Of a stretch of DNA of 64,000 nucleotides, positions 49,841 through 58,582 are shown piece by piece; position 1 is the stretch's first letter, and each line of letters opens with the position of its first letter. Below the pieces are notes generated by a model. That model had not been told where the DNA came from and ran no database searches. It worked only from the letters and a program-made list of their open reading frames with translations. The stretch spans positions 776 through 64,775 of the forward strand of contig JAFGOI010000004.1 of assembly GCA_016926555.1 (NCBI GenBank), written 5' to 3'. A program made the position numbers and the translations under genes. The DNA comes from Patescibacteria group bacterium (lineage in GTDB: Bacteria; Patescibacteriota; WWE3; UBA101185; UBA10185).

Positions 49841-50743
49841 ATGAATAGAGTCTGCCCAAAATGCGAATCGGAACTAGGGTCGTATGACCATCATTTTTGT
49901 ACATCCTGTGGTACTGAATTGCCGGAAGAATTGATATCGAAAGATGAGTCGTTTCGGCAGGTAAATCATCTTAGTTTGTCCACTCAAAGTAACCCCGACG
50001 AACAAAAAAATGTACATGGGTACTTTAATAGACTTAGAAGCTCTTTAGGAGATCGAGTGATTGTTGGTGTAGCAGTTCTGTTGCTAATGCTTGTTGCGTT
50101 TACAATATATCTGGTAGTTACGCAAGCGACTCTGTCCGCGAAAAGAAGTGTAGCGCCTGTTGAAAACAAGTCTGCAAAAGTGGACACAGGTCTTATGGGA
50201 GATGAGATGATCGCTAAATATGTACCTTATGAAGCCGATGTATATATTGAAACGGCAGATAGCCAGTTACTTGGCAGGTTATTTTTGGAGTTTGATCCTG
50301 GTTATTATACGTTGGTTCAGGATATTGAGAAAAACACGAAATCGCATACTGGACTATATATACTTGGTCTGTCTTCAGAACCTTCTATGACGATTATTAT
50401 TTTTCCTGAAAAAGAAGATTTTGGTGTAGATGGACTCAAGTTGGATGGATATGACTGGCTTGTTGCGCGTGAAGTAGAGAAATCAATAGTTATATCTACT
50501 AGAGAAGATAATATTTCTAATACGCTGTACGCAAAGTCCGGGTTAGCTAAAAATTTGATACAACACCCAAAATTTGTTACATATACCAAACAAAATATCC
50601 CGGAGGGCAAAATCATAATTTATACATCTTCTTCGGAGGTTAAGGATATGCTTATTATGTTATTATCAAAATCTGATTCGGATACGATTAGATCTATTTT
50701 GGAGGACTATAAACAAACTGAGTCGAATTTTGTTATATTGTGA
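49841..50743 (+). CDS. Hypothetical protein: N-terminal zinc ribbon (CPKCES...CTSCG), one TM helix and an extracytoplasmic domain
   Basis: A 300-aa protein. Its stop overlaps the start of the Lon-like ATPase gene by 14 nt. Confidence 0.45.
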   Translation: MNRVCPKCESELGSYDHHFCTSCGTELPEELISKDESFRQVNHLSLSTQSNPDEQKNVHGYFNRLRSSLGDRVIVGVAVLLLMLVAFTIYLVVTQATLSAKRSVAPVENKSAKVDTGLMGDEMIAKYVPYEADVYIETADSQLLGRLFLEFDPGYYTLVQDIEKNTKSHTGLYILGLSSEPSMTIIIFPEKEDFGVDGLKLDGYDWLVAREVEKSIVISTREDNISNTLYAKSGLAKNLIQHPKFVTYTKQNIPEGKIIIYTSSSEVKDMLIMLLSKSDSDTIRSILEDYKQTESNFVIL

Positions 50744-51809
50744 GAATATGGCTACAAAGGATTTTGTATTTGAAGAACTAAAAACACTATCAGACAAAGT
50801 ATCTGGTGCTCCCGGTATGCCCGAAGATTTGCAGGAGAAGTTAAATCAGATGATCCAGCGATTGGAGAGAATGGCTAACATGGGGCACTATGCGGCTGAG
50901 TTTGACACTTTGTCTAGGTATATTGAGATTGTTGCGTCTATTCCCTGGGAGGAAAGAACAGAGGATCTGCTTGATATTAATAGGGCCAGAGAACTTCTTG
51001 AGAAACATCATTACGGAATGCAGTCCGTGAAAGAGAGGATTATCGAGTATCTCGCATCTTTGATATTACTAAAAAAAAGGGGGAAAGAGGCCATTTCGCG
51101 GACTCCCATATTACTGCTAGTGGGGCTTCAGGGGGTCGGGAAAACAACTCTTGCTATTTCCGTTGCTGAAACTTTGGGGAGGAAATTTGTGCGAATTGCC
51201 ATGGGAGGTATTGGTTCAACATTGGAGCTTCGAGGTAAAAGTAAGGCGCTTCCCAATGCGGAACCGGGACAGTTAGTAAAAGCGTTAATAAAAGCCGGTA
51301 CAAGAAATCCGGTTATTCTTCTTGACGAAATAGAAAAGGCCAGCGGTGAAAAGGGTTTATTATCGGATATTATGGCTATAATGCTTGAAATACTAGATCC
51401 CAGTCAAAATAAAACCTTTAGAGATCATTATCTGGATTATCCTTTGGATCTCTCCGAGGTCCTATTTGTTTGTTCAGCGAACAACACCGGAACTATATCA
51501 GCAGCTCTTATGGACAGGATGGAGCTGATTAAGATGCCTTCTTATACTGATAATGAAAAGATTGTAATAGCTAGAGATTATCTTATGCCTCAGATACTTG
51601 AGAGATCTGGCCTTGAACCCGGAGAACTTGAGATACAGCCTGATTTATGGCCAGGTGTTGTAAGACCCTTTGGATATGATTCTGGTATTAGAAGCTTAGG
51701 TAGAACTCTAGAGTCTATTTGTAGAAAGGTTGCTAAAGAAATTGTCGAAGGGAAAACGCAGAGAGTGTATTTAACTGAAGAGAATTTAAAGCACTATTTA
51801 CCGCAATGA
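50730..51809 (+). CDS. Lon-like AAA+ ATPase module without an S16 protease domain
   Basis: Collinear with the LonA helical linker and AAA region. It has HYGMQSVKERIIEYLA, Walker A GLQGVGKTTL, Walker B ILLDEIEKA, and the arginine-finger/sensor region LMDRMELIKMPSYT. It ends after the alpha-helical subdomain. Confidence 0.6.
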   Translation: MLYCENMATKDFVFEELKTLSDKVSGAPGMPEDLQEKLNQMIQRLERMANMGHYAAEFDTLSRYIEIVASIPWEERTEDLLDINRARELLEKHHYGMQSVKERIIEYLASLILLKKRGKEAISRTPILLLVGLQGVGKTTLAISVAETLGRKFVRIAMGGIGSTLELRGKSKALPNAEPGQLVKALIKAGTRNPVILLDEIEKASGEKGLLSDIMAIMLEILDPSQNKTFRDHYLDYPLDLSEVLFVCSANNTGTISAALMDRMELIKMPSYTDNEKIVIARDYLMPQILERSGLEPGELEIQPDLWPGVVRPFGYDSGIRSLGRTLESICRKVAKEIVEGKTQRVYLTEENLKHYLPQ

Positions 51810-52330
51810 GAGAAATATCATTAGAAGAGTTAGATAAAGTCAGAAAGTCCGGTTATAGACCAGGTGTAGTATGCTGTTTTGTTCATGGAAGGAAATTGCT
51901 ACTCTTCTATAAGCGAGATTATGGTATTTGGCTTTTGCCACAAGGGGGTATAGAAAACGATGAGTCTGTTAAAGAAGCTTATAAACGTGAAATTACTGAG
52001 GATGTGGGGAGTGATTTGTTATCAAAGTGCGAGAATGTCCTGACTTATATTGGGGAAGGTGATATTGAGTTTAATCCAAATAGCAAGGGAATAAGAGATC
52101 TTAAAACAGATGCTGGTGAGCATGTGAGTATGAAAGGCAAAAAATACTTCTTTTTTGTTATAAATGTAAATGATCCTGTGTTTGATATTAAGAATTCTGA
52201 GTTTAACGAATACGTCTGGGCAAATTACGAACAGGCTCTTTTTTTGTTTGGTAAGAATTATCAGGTAAATAAGAAAAAATTAACTTTGAATGCTTTAGAA
52301 CAGCTAAAAAGTAAAGGTTTGGTAGAGTAG
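51806..52330 (+). CDS. NUDIX hydrolase
   Basis: The Nudix box GGIENDESVKEAYKREITEDVG. Confidence 0.7.
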   Translation: MREISLEELDKVRKSGYRPGVVCCFVHGRKLLLFYKRDYGIWLLPQGGIENDESVKEAYKREITEDVGSDLLSKCENVLTYIGEGDIEFNPNSKGIRDLKTDAGEHVSMKGKKYFFFVINVNDPVFDIKNSEFNEYVWANYEQALFLFGKNYQVNKKKLTLNALEQLKSKGLVE

Positions 52331-52335
52331 ACATT

Positions 52336-52968
52336 ATGAATAATGTGGACATGTTGAAAGAAATTGAAAAAAATGTGAAAGGATGTCAAAAATGCCGCTT
52401 GTATAAGACAGCACTAAATCCTGTCCCAGGTGAGGGAAGCAAGTTTCCTAAGATTGTGTTTGTTGGGGAAGCACCCGGAAAATATGAAGATGAAAGCGGG
52501 CGCCCGTTTGTTGGAAGGGCAGGGAAGTTTCTAGATACTTTATTAGGAAAAATTGGATATAAAAGAGAGGAAGTTTGGATCGGCAATGTCATAAAACATA
52601 GGCCTCCAGAAAATCGCGATCCTCTGCCCGATGAAATTGCGGCTTGTAAAGAGTATTTAACTTTACAATTACAAATCCTCTCCCCCACTCTTATTGTCAC
52701 TTTAGGAAGATTTGCAATGAATTACTTTTACCCTGAAGGGAAAATATCCAGGGACAGGGGAAGATTAATCAGAGCAGGAGGATATAATATATTTCCCATA
52801 TACCACCCTGCGGCGGGTCTTAGGAATCCGAGAATGCTGGAAGCTTTGGAAGAGGATTTTATGAGAATTCCAGCAGTACTTAAAAAGATCAATCAGGGTG
52901 ATTTTGAGAGGGATTCCGAAGTAAAAGAAGACGATAAGAGTGCGGATGGGCAGCTGCACCTTTTATAA
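52336..52968 (+). CDS. Uracil-DNA glycosylase, family 4
   Basis: GEAPG..E...G.PFVGRAGK and an HP...R C-terminal motif. Confidence 0.8.
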   Translation: MNNVDMLKEIEKNVKGCQKCRLYKTALNPVPGEGSKFPKIVFVGEAPGKYEDESGRPFVGRAGKFLDTLLGKIGYKREEVWIGNVIKHRPPENRDPLPDEIAACKEYLTLQLQILSPTLIVTLGRFAMNYFYPEGKISRDRGRLIRAGGYNIFPIYHPAAGLRNPRMLEALEEDFMRIPAVLKKINQGDFERDSEVKEDDKSADGQLHLL

Positions 52969-52980
52969 GGCAACAAGTGT

Positions 52981-54681
52981 ATGAAATTTAGTATTGCAAA
53001 AGATAATATGAATGATAAAAAAGTACTAAGAATAATTAATTTAGGTGGAACTGAAACGGTTACTAAAAACCTTACTGTGTATGAATATGATGATGAGATA
53101 ATAGCTGTGGACTGTGGCGTGTATTTTCCGGATAGTGAAATGCACGGGGTTGATGTAGTAATTCCAGATTTTACTTACCTTGAAGAGAATTCCCACAAGT
53201 TTAAGGCGCTGTTTATAACTCACGGGCATGAAGACCATTTTGGCGCGGTGCCTTATTTTTTGGATAGGTTTGATGTGCCTATTTATGCGGATAAACTTGT
53301 TCAGGGATTTTTACGGGAAAGATTTAAGGATAAAGATTCTAAGAAGTACGCGGAAAAGGTACGGTTTGTTGATTTTGAAAGCAGTACGCCAGAGGTCCAC
53401 CTGAAGCATTTTAAGGTCTCCGCTTTTGGAGTAAATCACTCGGTTCCGGATAGCAAGGGTTTAGCCATTAGAACTCCGGAAGGTCTGGTTTTGCATATTG
53501 CGGATTTTAAAGTTGATTGGACTCCTGTTATAGATCCTCCTATTGAAATTGACAAAATAGCCAATTTTGGAAATGAAGGTGTTCTTTGTCTATTGTCGGA
53601 CTGTCTTGGAGTAACTAAAGAAGGTATGTCTGCATCAGAAGTGACTATAGAGCCGACTTTTCTTGATCTATTTGAAAAAGCTAAGGGAAGACAGCTTATG
53701 ATAACTACTATATCCTCAAATCTTTCAAGGATGTATCAGATAATTAAAACCGCAGAGCATTACGGTAGAAAAGTTGTTCTGGGGGGAAGATCCATTCAGC
53801 AGAGTGTTAGTGTGGCTCAGAACTTGGGATATCTTCCCTTTCCTGATGATCTTTTTGTAAGTGAAAAGAGTGCACAAAGCCAAAATCAGGGAAATATAGT
53901 ATATATAATAGCCGGATGTTATGGACAGGTCGGTTCAGCTTTGGAGAGAGTAAGTAGAGATGAAAATGAAAGGATATATTTGGAAGATAACGCGATGATC
54001 GTGTTTTCAGCGGATCCTAACCCTCCGGGGACTGATGTTATGGTGGAAAAAGTCATGGATCGGTTGACACTAAAAGGTGCGGAAGTTGTTTATTCAGATA
54101 TCCAAGATAATTTACACATTTCGGGGCATGGCACAAAGGGTGATTTGACTTTAATTGCCCAATTGGCAAAACCAAAATACTTCATTCCGATTGGCGGAAC
54201 TATAACAAAAATGAGAGCCTATAGAAATATGCTTGTGGAGTTGGGGATTGAAAAAGAGAGAGTGTTTGAAAATCTTGAGGGTGAATCAGTGGAGTTTTCA
54301 AACGGCGAGGCAACTGTTGGATCTACTATTAAAACAGAATTGGTTATGATAGGCTCTGATACTGGAGAAATAAGCCCAATTGTGATGAAAGATAGAGAAC
54401 AATTATCTTCAGAAGGAGTATTTGTTGTAGTTGTTCCAAGAGATAAAAATGGCAATCTGGTACCGGAAAAATCTGAAATTATCACACGCGGGTTCATTTA
54501 TGTTAAAGAATCCCCAGAATTAATGCAGCAATACAGAGATTTCGCCGCTAAATCAATAAATAAATGGCTTGATAAAGATAAAGATTGGAATGAGTTGAAA
54601 AGAAAGGTCGAACTTGATTTTGAGAAGTACTTGTATAAGAAATCAAGAAGAAGGCCTATGGTTTTGGTACATAGTATCTAA
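52981..54681 (+). CDS. rnj: Ribonuclease J (metallo-beta-lactamase/beta-CASP)
   Basis: HGHEDH, the beta-CASP region and a C-terminal domain. 566 aa. Confidence 0.85.
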   Translation: MKFSIAKDNMNDKKVLRIINLGGTETVTKNLTVYEYDDEIIAVDCGVYFPDSEMHGVDVVIPDFTYLEENSHKFKALFITHGHEDHFGAVPYFLDRFDVPIYADKLVQGFLRERFKDKDSKKYAEKVRFVDFESSTPEVHLKHFKVSAFGVNHSVPDSKGLAIRTPEGLVLHIADFKVDWTPVIDPPIEIDKIANFGNEGVLCLLSDCLGVTKEGMSASEVTIEPTFLDLFEKAKGRQLMITTISSNLSRMYQIIKTAEHYGRKVVLGGRSIQQSVSVAQNLGYLPFPDDLFVSEKSAQSQNQGNIVYIIAGCYGQVGSALERVSRDENERIYLEDNAMIVFSADPNPPGTDVMVEKVMDRLTLKGAEVVYSDIQDNLHISGHGTKGDLTLIAQLAKPKYFIPIGGTITKMRAYRNMLVELGIEKERVFENLEGESVEFSNGEATVGSTIKTELVMIGSDTGEISPIVMKDREQLSSEGVFVVVVPRDKNGNLVPEKSEIITRGFIYVKESPELMQQYRDFAAKSINKWLDKDKDWNELKRKVELDFEKYLYKKSRRRPMVLVHSI

Positions 54682-55134
54682 TCTATTTAGCTAGGTTCTG
54701 AACAGGCTACAGACGCTAAAGGCTTGGGTCCAGGTACTAATCGGAATTTACAGCGCGACCTATAGTATTGACTTCTCGGATAATTTATACTATAATTAAC
54801 GTTGCAATGTTAGTATAAGGAACATTCTAGAGTTCAAGTTTGAAATGACACACCCAGTGAAATATTATGGTGGTAATGAAAAACCATGCACATTTAACAA
54901 TATATTATGACAGAGAGATACATAATCAAGGTACCGGGAAATAAGTAATAAAAAACAAACTTTGTTATTTATTTTCCGGCATCTTAGAGATATAGACCTT
55001 ATTTTTCCATGGAGGTGGAAATAATAAGAGCGGGTTAGTTACACCGCGCTTCTCTAGGAGAAACCTTGTTGTGTGTAGTTTAGCCGGAAATACACGATAT
55101 TACATTACGTTACGATCAGAAAAAAAGGAGTACA

Positions 55135-55875
55135 ATGAGAGCGAAAATCGTTGTTGTGTTGGTTTTGTTGTCCCTGGTCACCATTCCCGTCCTTGCGGAT
55201 CCTCCCGCGTCTAGCGGAATCCTGCCGAGGCAGGAGGATGTCCCGGGCTTTTGCGAGCACGGGGCAGTGGTTGGGAGGGAGGGGACCCTCGTGTACCGAG
55301 GACCGGGTACCTATTATGGTACCTGGGGCACTTTGCCCGCAGGGGCGGTGGGGATTGTCGACACCGACGGGGATTGGTACCGCATCTCGTACGACTATGA
55401 GATGTGGGTTCCGGGATACGCTGTCGTATCCCACAGCGGGTGTAACATTCCCCCGGAGTATGGGTTTGGTTACCCCCACCCGGTTTCGCTTCCAGCTCCT
55501 CTGCAAGGAGCAGAATGGAAAAGGATCTGGGAGCTTCTCCCCGAGAACTACTGGCAAGAAGGAATGCCGATAAGTTTTCGGGTGAGCGTTGCCGGGGAGG
55601 ATGGGGAGACCATTATGGAGTATAGCGGAGGATTTTCTCCTAACTCACTGGTGCCCGTCCCCAGCAGTGTTCGCGGTTATGTGGTGCGGATAACCGCCGC
55701 AGTTAACTTTCCTCCCCCAGGGGAGGCTCGGGTTTACTGGACCAACCAGGTCGAATGGGCGGTCTTAGACCCCGAAGCCGGTTGGATCAACCTCCCGCTA
55801 GAAAGCCAAGATAGGCTCTCTTTGGCGGGGGAGGATCAGGATTGGACGGACGGGGTCTACTGGTGGAGGTGGTAA
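55135..55875 (+). CDS. Secreted SH3b-domain protein encoded by a GC-rich, compositionally foreign ORF
   Basis: An SD aaaggag precedes the ATG. A signal peptide MRAKIVVVLVLLSLVTIPVLA and an SH3b-like segment GTLVYRGPGTYYGTWGTLPAGAVGIVDTDGDWYRISY follow. Third codon positions are mostly G/C, unlike every other gene in the window. Confidence 0.55.
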   Translation: MRAKIVVVLVLLSLVTIPVLADPPASSGILPRQEDVPGFCEHGAVVGREGTLVYRGPGTYYGTWGTLPAGAVGIVDTDGDWYRISYDYEMWVPGYAVVSHSGCNIPPEYGFGYPHPVSLPAPLQGAEWKRIWELLPENYWQEGMPISFRVSVAGEDGETIMEYSGGFSPNSLVPVPSSVRGYVVRITAAVNFPPPGEARVYWTNQVEWAVLDPEAGWINLPLESQDRLSLAGEDQDWTDGVYWWRW

Positions 55876-55900
55876 GCCACAAAGCTAGATAGACCCCCAT

Positions 55901-55970
55901 GAGCTACGGTTCCCTGTTCTTAAGTGTAAACACAATTGGTGACTCACACACTGAACAGGAACCGTAGCTC
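55901..55970 (+). terminator. Long inverted repeat (18-bp stem, 34-nt loop) immediately downstream of the GC-rich gene. Possibly a terminator.
   Basis: GAGCTACGGTTCC(C)TGTTC ... GAACAGGAACCGTAGCTC followed by TTTACGTTTTTC. Confidence 0.4.
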
Positions 55971-56036
55971 TTTACGTTTTTCAATACCTTTTTATTCAAA
56001 TGGATATCACATAAATCACGTGTTAATATATTATCG

Positions 56037-58319
56037 ATGGCTAAAAGAGGGCGCAAAAAGAAATTTAAGCTTAAATTAAACATTCGTCCGGAAACAGTAA
56101 GATCAATACTTGCTCTTGTTTTTCTTATGTCAGCGGTATTATCTCTCATTTCATTTTTTGCTCCCAATTACACCATAAATTCTAAAATTCAAGCGGCACT
56201 AAAGGGGGTTTTTGGTATGGGGGCTTATTTGATGCCCATTTTGCTTGGAGTAATCGGTTTGTTCTTTGTGCAAAGAATACAGACGAAGATTAAGGAGTTC
56301 CGTATTGTCTTGGGGTTAGCTTTACTTGTTGTGAGCGTTTCCGGTTTTTTTGGTGTTATTGGCTCTAAAAAAAATCTTGGTGGAGTATTGGGGGGACAAT
56401 TGGCCGGTATTTTATCCAGTATGATTAGCAAATATGGGGCTGGTTTTGTCTTCATTTTTGGCGTAATGATATCTTTTATTATTGTGTTTGATGTGTCCAT
56501 TGATCAGCTTATAGATTTTGTTAGCAGGTTTATGAATGTTACTTGGCTCAGGAAGCTTAGAAAAAAAGATGTCGAGAATTTGGATGGTGCAGGTGATGTA
56601 GATGTAGAGATTACCGCTGGAGCCGTTCTTGATGAGGACGGCGACGGTTCTGAGTTAAAACAAAAGAAGCTCGAATTACAAGAGGAGGAAAATGAGGAGC
56701 CTTCTTTCGAGGTTATTCCTTCCATGTCGGAGCCGCAGTCTCTCAAAATGGTTGAGGACGCCGATGCCTCGACCGCAACTATTTCTCCGAGGTTGCCTTA
56801 TACCGATAGAATCTGGCAGAATCCCCCTTTGAGCTTATTGAATTCTCCTACAGGTGCTCAAGCCGATGTTGGCGACGTGCAGGAAAGGGCGCGAATAATC
56901 CAGGAAACTCTAAAATCATTTGATATACATGCTCAAGTTGTCGATGTGAAAGCGGGACCCACAGTTACCCAGTATCAGTTAAAACCGAAATCCGGGACCA
57001 AGGTATCAAAAATAGCCAATTTACATAACGATTTGGCGATGGCGCTCGCATCAAAAACCGGTACAGTCAGAATCGAGGCTCCAATACCTGGAAAATCTCT
57101 AATCGGTATTGAAGTACCTAATAACACAAGAGAAATAGTCTACTTTAAGTCCCTGTTTTTATCGGATCCCATGAAATCACAGAAGTCAAAGCTTGCGGTG
57201 ACGCTGGGGATCGATGTAGGCGGACAGGTGCATGTATACGATATAGCAAAAATGCCCCATCTGCTTATCGCGGGATCAACCGGTTCAGGTAAATCAATAT
57301 TTATCCATAACATACTTTTTTCTATTTTGTTTAGAGCAAGCCCGCAGGAAGTTAAATTTATTATAGTGGATCCAAAAAGGGTCGAAATGTCCCACTATCA
57401 GAACATACCTCATCTGCTAACGCCTGTGGTAACAGATATGGACAAGGCGCCTTCTGTTTTTAGATGGGCTGTTGCGGAGATGGAGAAGAGGTATAAACTT
57501 TTGGAGCAGGCCAAAGCGAGAAATATCGATGCGTACAATGAAAAATCAGGTTTTCAGGCTATGCCTTATATTGTGGTTGTTGTAGACGAGTTGGGTGAAA
57601 TTATGGCGAGGGATCCGGCTAATGTTGAAAAGAGTATTATTCGTTTGGCACAGTTGGCGCGAGCTACGGGTATACATTTGGTAATGGCTGTCCAAAGACC
57701 TTCCGCTGATATAATAACAGGTTTGATTAAGGCAAATATTCCGGCGAGGGTGGCATTTAGTGTGTCGAGCCAGGTTAACTCCCGCGTAATAATTGATCAA
57801 CCCGGGGCAGAAAAACTTCTTGCGAAGGGAGATATGCTTTTTGTTCCTCCCGATGCGCCAAAACCGGTAAGACTTCAGGCTCCTTGGATTGACGATAAAG
57901 AAATTGAAGCTCTGGTTGATTATTTGAAGAGTCAAGGAGTTGAAGCGGACTTCAAGGACGAAATTTTGGAAATGCCTTCAGATAAACAAACCAATGGCAG
58001 ATCTACGGGTTCGTCGGCATGGGGAGGTGATGTAGATGAACTTTTTGATGATGCAGTAGAGTTGGTAATCTCAGCGGGAAAAGCTTCCGCGTCCCTTCTT
58101 CAAAGAAAACTTTCAATCGGATATGCGAGAGCCGCGAGAATAATAGATGAAATGGAGGAAAGAGGGGTTATAAGCGAGTCTTTGGGAGGGAGTCGCGCAA
58201 GGGATATACTTGTTTCAGGCGCATCTCCAGGCAGGTCTATGGATTTTGATGATGATTATGAGGATGATACTGATATTATCGCTCCTGACGATCCTGTGCG
58301 TACGCTTACAGGTAATTAG
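56037..58319 (+). CDS. ftsK: DNA translocase FtsK/SpoIIIE
   Basis: An N-terminal 4-TM domain, a linker, the motor domain (Walker A GSTGSGKS, VVVDELGEIM) and a C-terminal gamma wHTH. Confidence 0.9.
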   Translation: MAKRGRKKKFKLKLNIRPETVRSILALVFLMSAVLSLISFFAPNYTINSKIQAALKGVFGMGAYLMPILLGVIGLFFVQRIQTKIKEFRIVLGLALLVVSVSGFFGVIGSKKNLGGVLGGQLAGILSSMISKYGAGFVFIFGVMISFIIVFDVSIDQLIDFVSRFMNVTWLRKLRKKDVENLDGAGDVDVEITAGAVLDEDGDGSELKQKKLELQEEENEEPSFEVIPSMSEPQSLKMVEDADASTATISPRLPYTDRIWQNPPLSLLNSPTGAQADVGDVQERARIIQETLKSFDIHAQVVDVKAGPTVTQYQLKPKSGTKVSKIANLHNDLAMALASKTGTVRIEAPIPGKSLIGIEVPNNTREIVYFKSLFLSDPMKSQKSKLAVTLGIDVGGQVHVYDIAKMPHLLIAGSTGSGKSIFIHNILFSILFRASPQEVKFIIVDPKRVEMSHYQNIPHLLTPVVTDMDKAPSVFRWAVAEMEKRYKLLEQAKARNIDAYNEKSGFQAMPYIVVVVDELGEIMARDPANVEKSIIRLAQLARATGIHLVMAVQRPSADIITGLIKANIPARVAFSVSSQVNSRVIIDQPGAEKLLAKGDMLFVPPDAPKPVRLQAPWIDDKEIEALVDYLKSQGVEADFKDEILEMPSDKQTNGRSTGSSAWGGDVDELFDDAVELVISAGKASASLLQRKLSIGYARAARIIDEMEERGVISESLGGSRARDILVSGASPGRSMDFDDDYEDDTDIIAPDDPVRTLTGN

Positions 58320-58327
58320 ATATAAAA

Positions 58328-58582
58328 ATGGCAACAAAAAAAAGTAGGACAAAAAGGTCTAGAAAAACTAAAGGAAGCTTGTCTCAATCTAAAAAATCCA
58401 AACCAGGAGAAAAAAAGAAACCAGAGAAAGAGACAGTTGTTGATAATATAATGGATACACTCGCGAGGAATCGTATAAAGAAGGAATTGATTATTGACCT
58501 AATTTATTTAGCTGTTGTGACTGCAGCATTATTGGCGACTAAGGGTTTTGGGCTGTGGGACATTCTTTTATCTAGGTTTTAG
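58328..58582 (+). CDS. Hypothetical small Lys-rich protein with a C-terminal TM helix (84 aa)
   Basis: An ORF 8 nt after ftsK. Its 3' end overlaps prfB convergently by 11 nt. Confidence 0.35.
   Translation: MATKKSRTKRSRKTKGSLSQSKKSKPGEKKKPEKETVVDNIMDTLARNRIKKELIIDLIYLAVVTAALLATKGFGLWDILLSRF

Noticed and set aside
55105-55573. Two additional long ORFs (55105..55557 minus, 55151..55573 plus) inside the GC-rich region
   Set aside because: Overlapping out-of-frame ORFs are expected in GC-rich DNA. Only the 55135..55875 frame has an SD, a signal peptide and domain-like sequence.
54697-55959. 9-mer CTGAACAGG present at 54697 and 55951, which could be direct repeats flanking the GC-rich insertion
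   Set aside because: A 9-mer match is within chance expectation for 64 kb. The second copy is part of the downstream inverted repeat.
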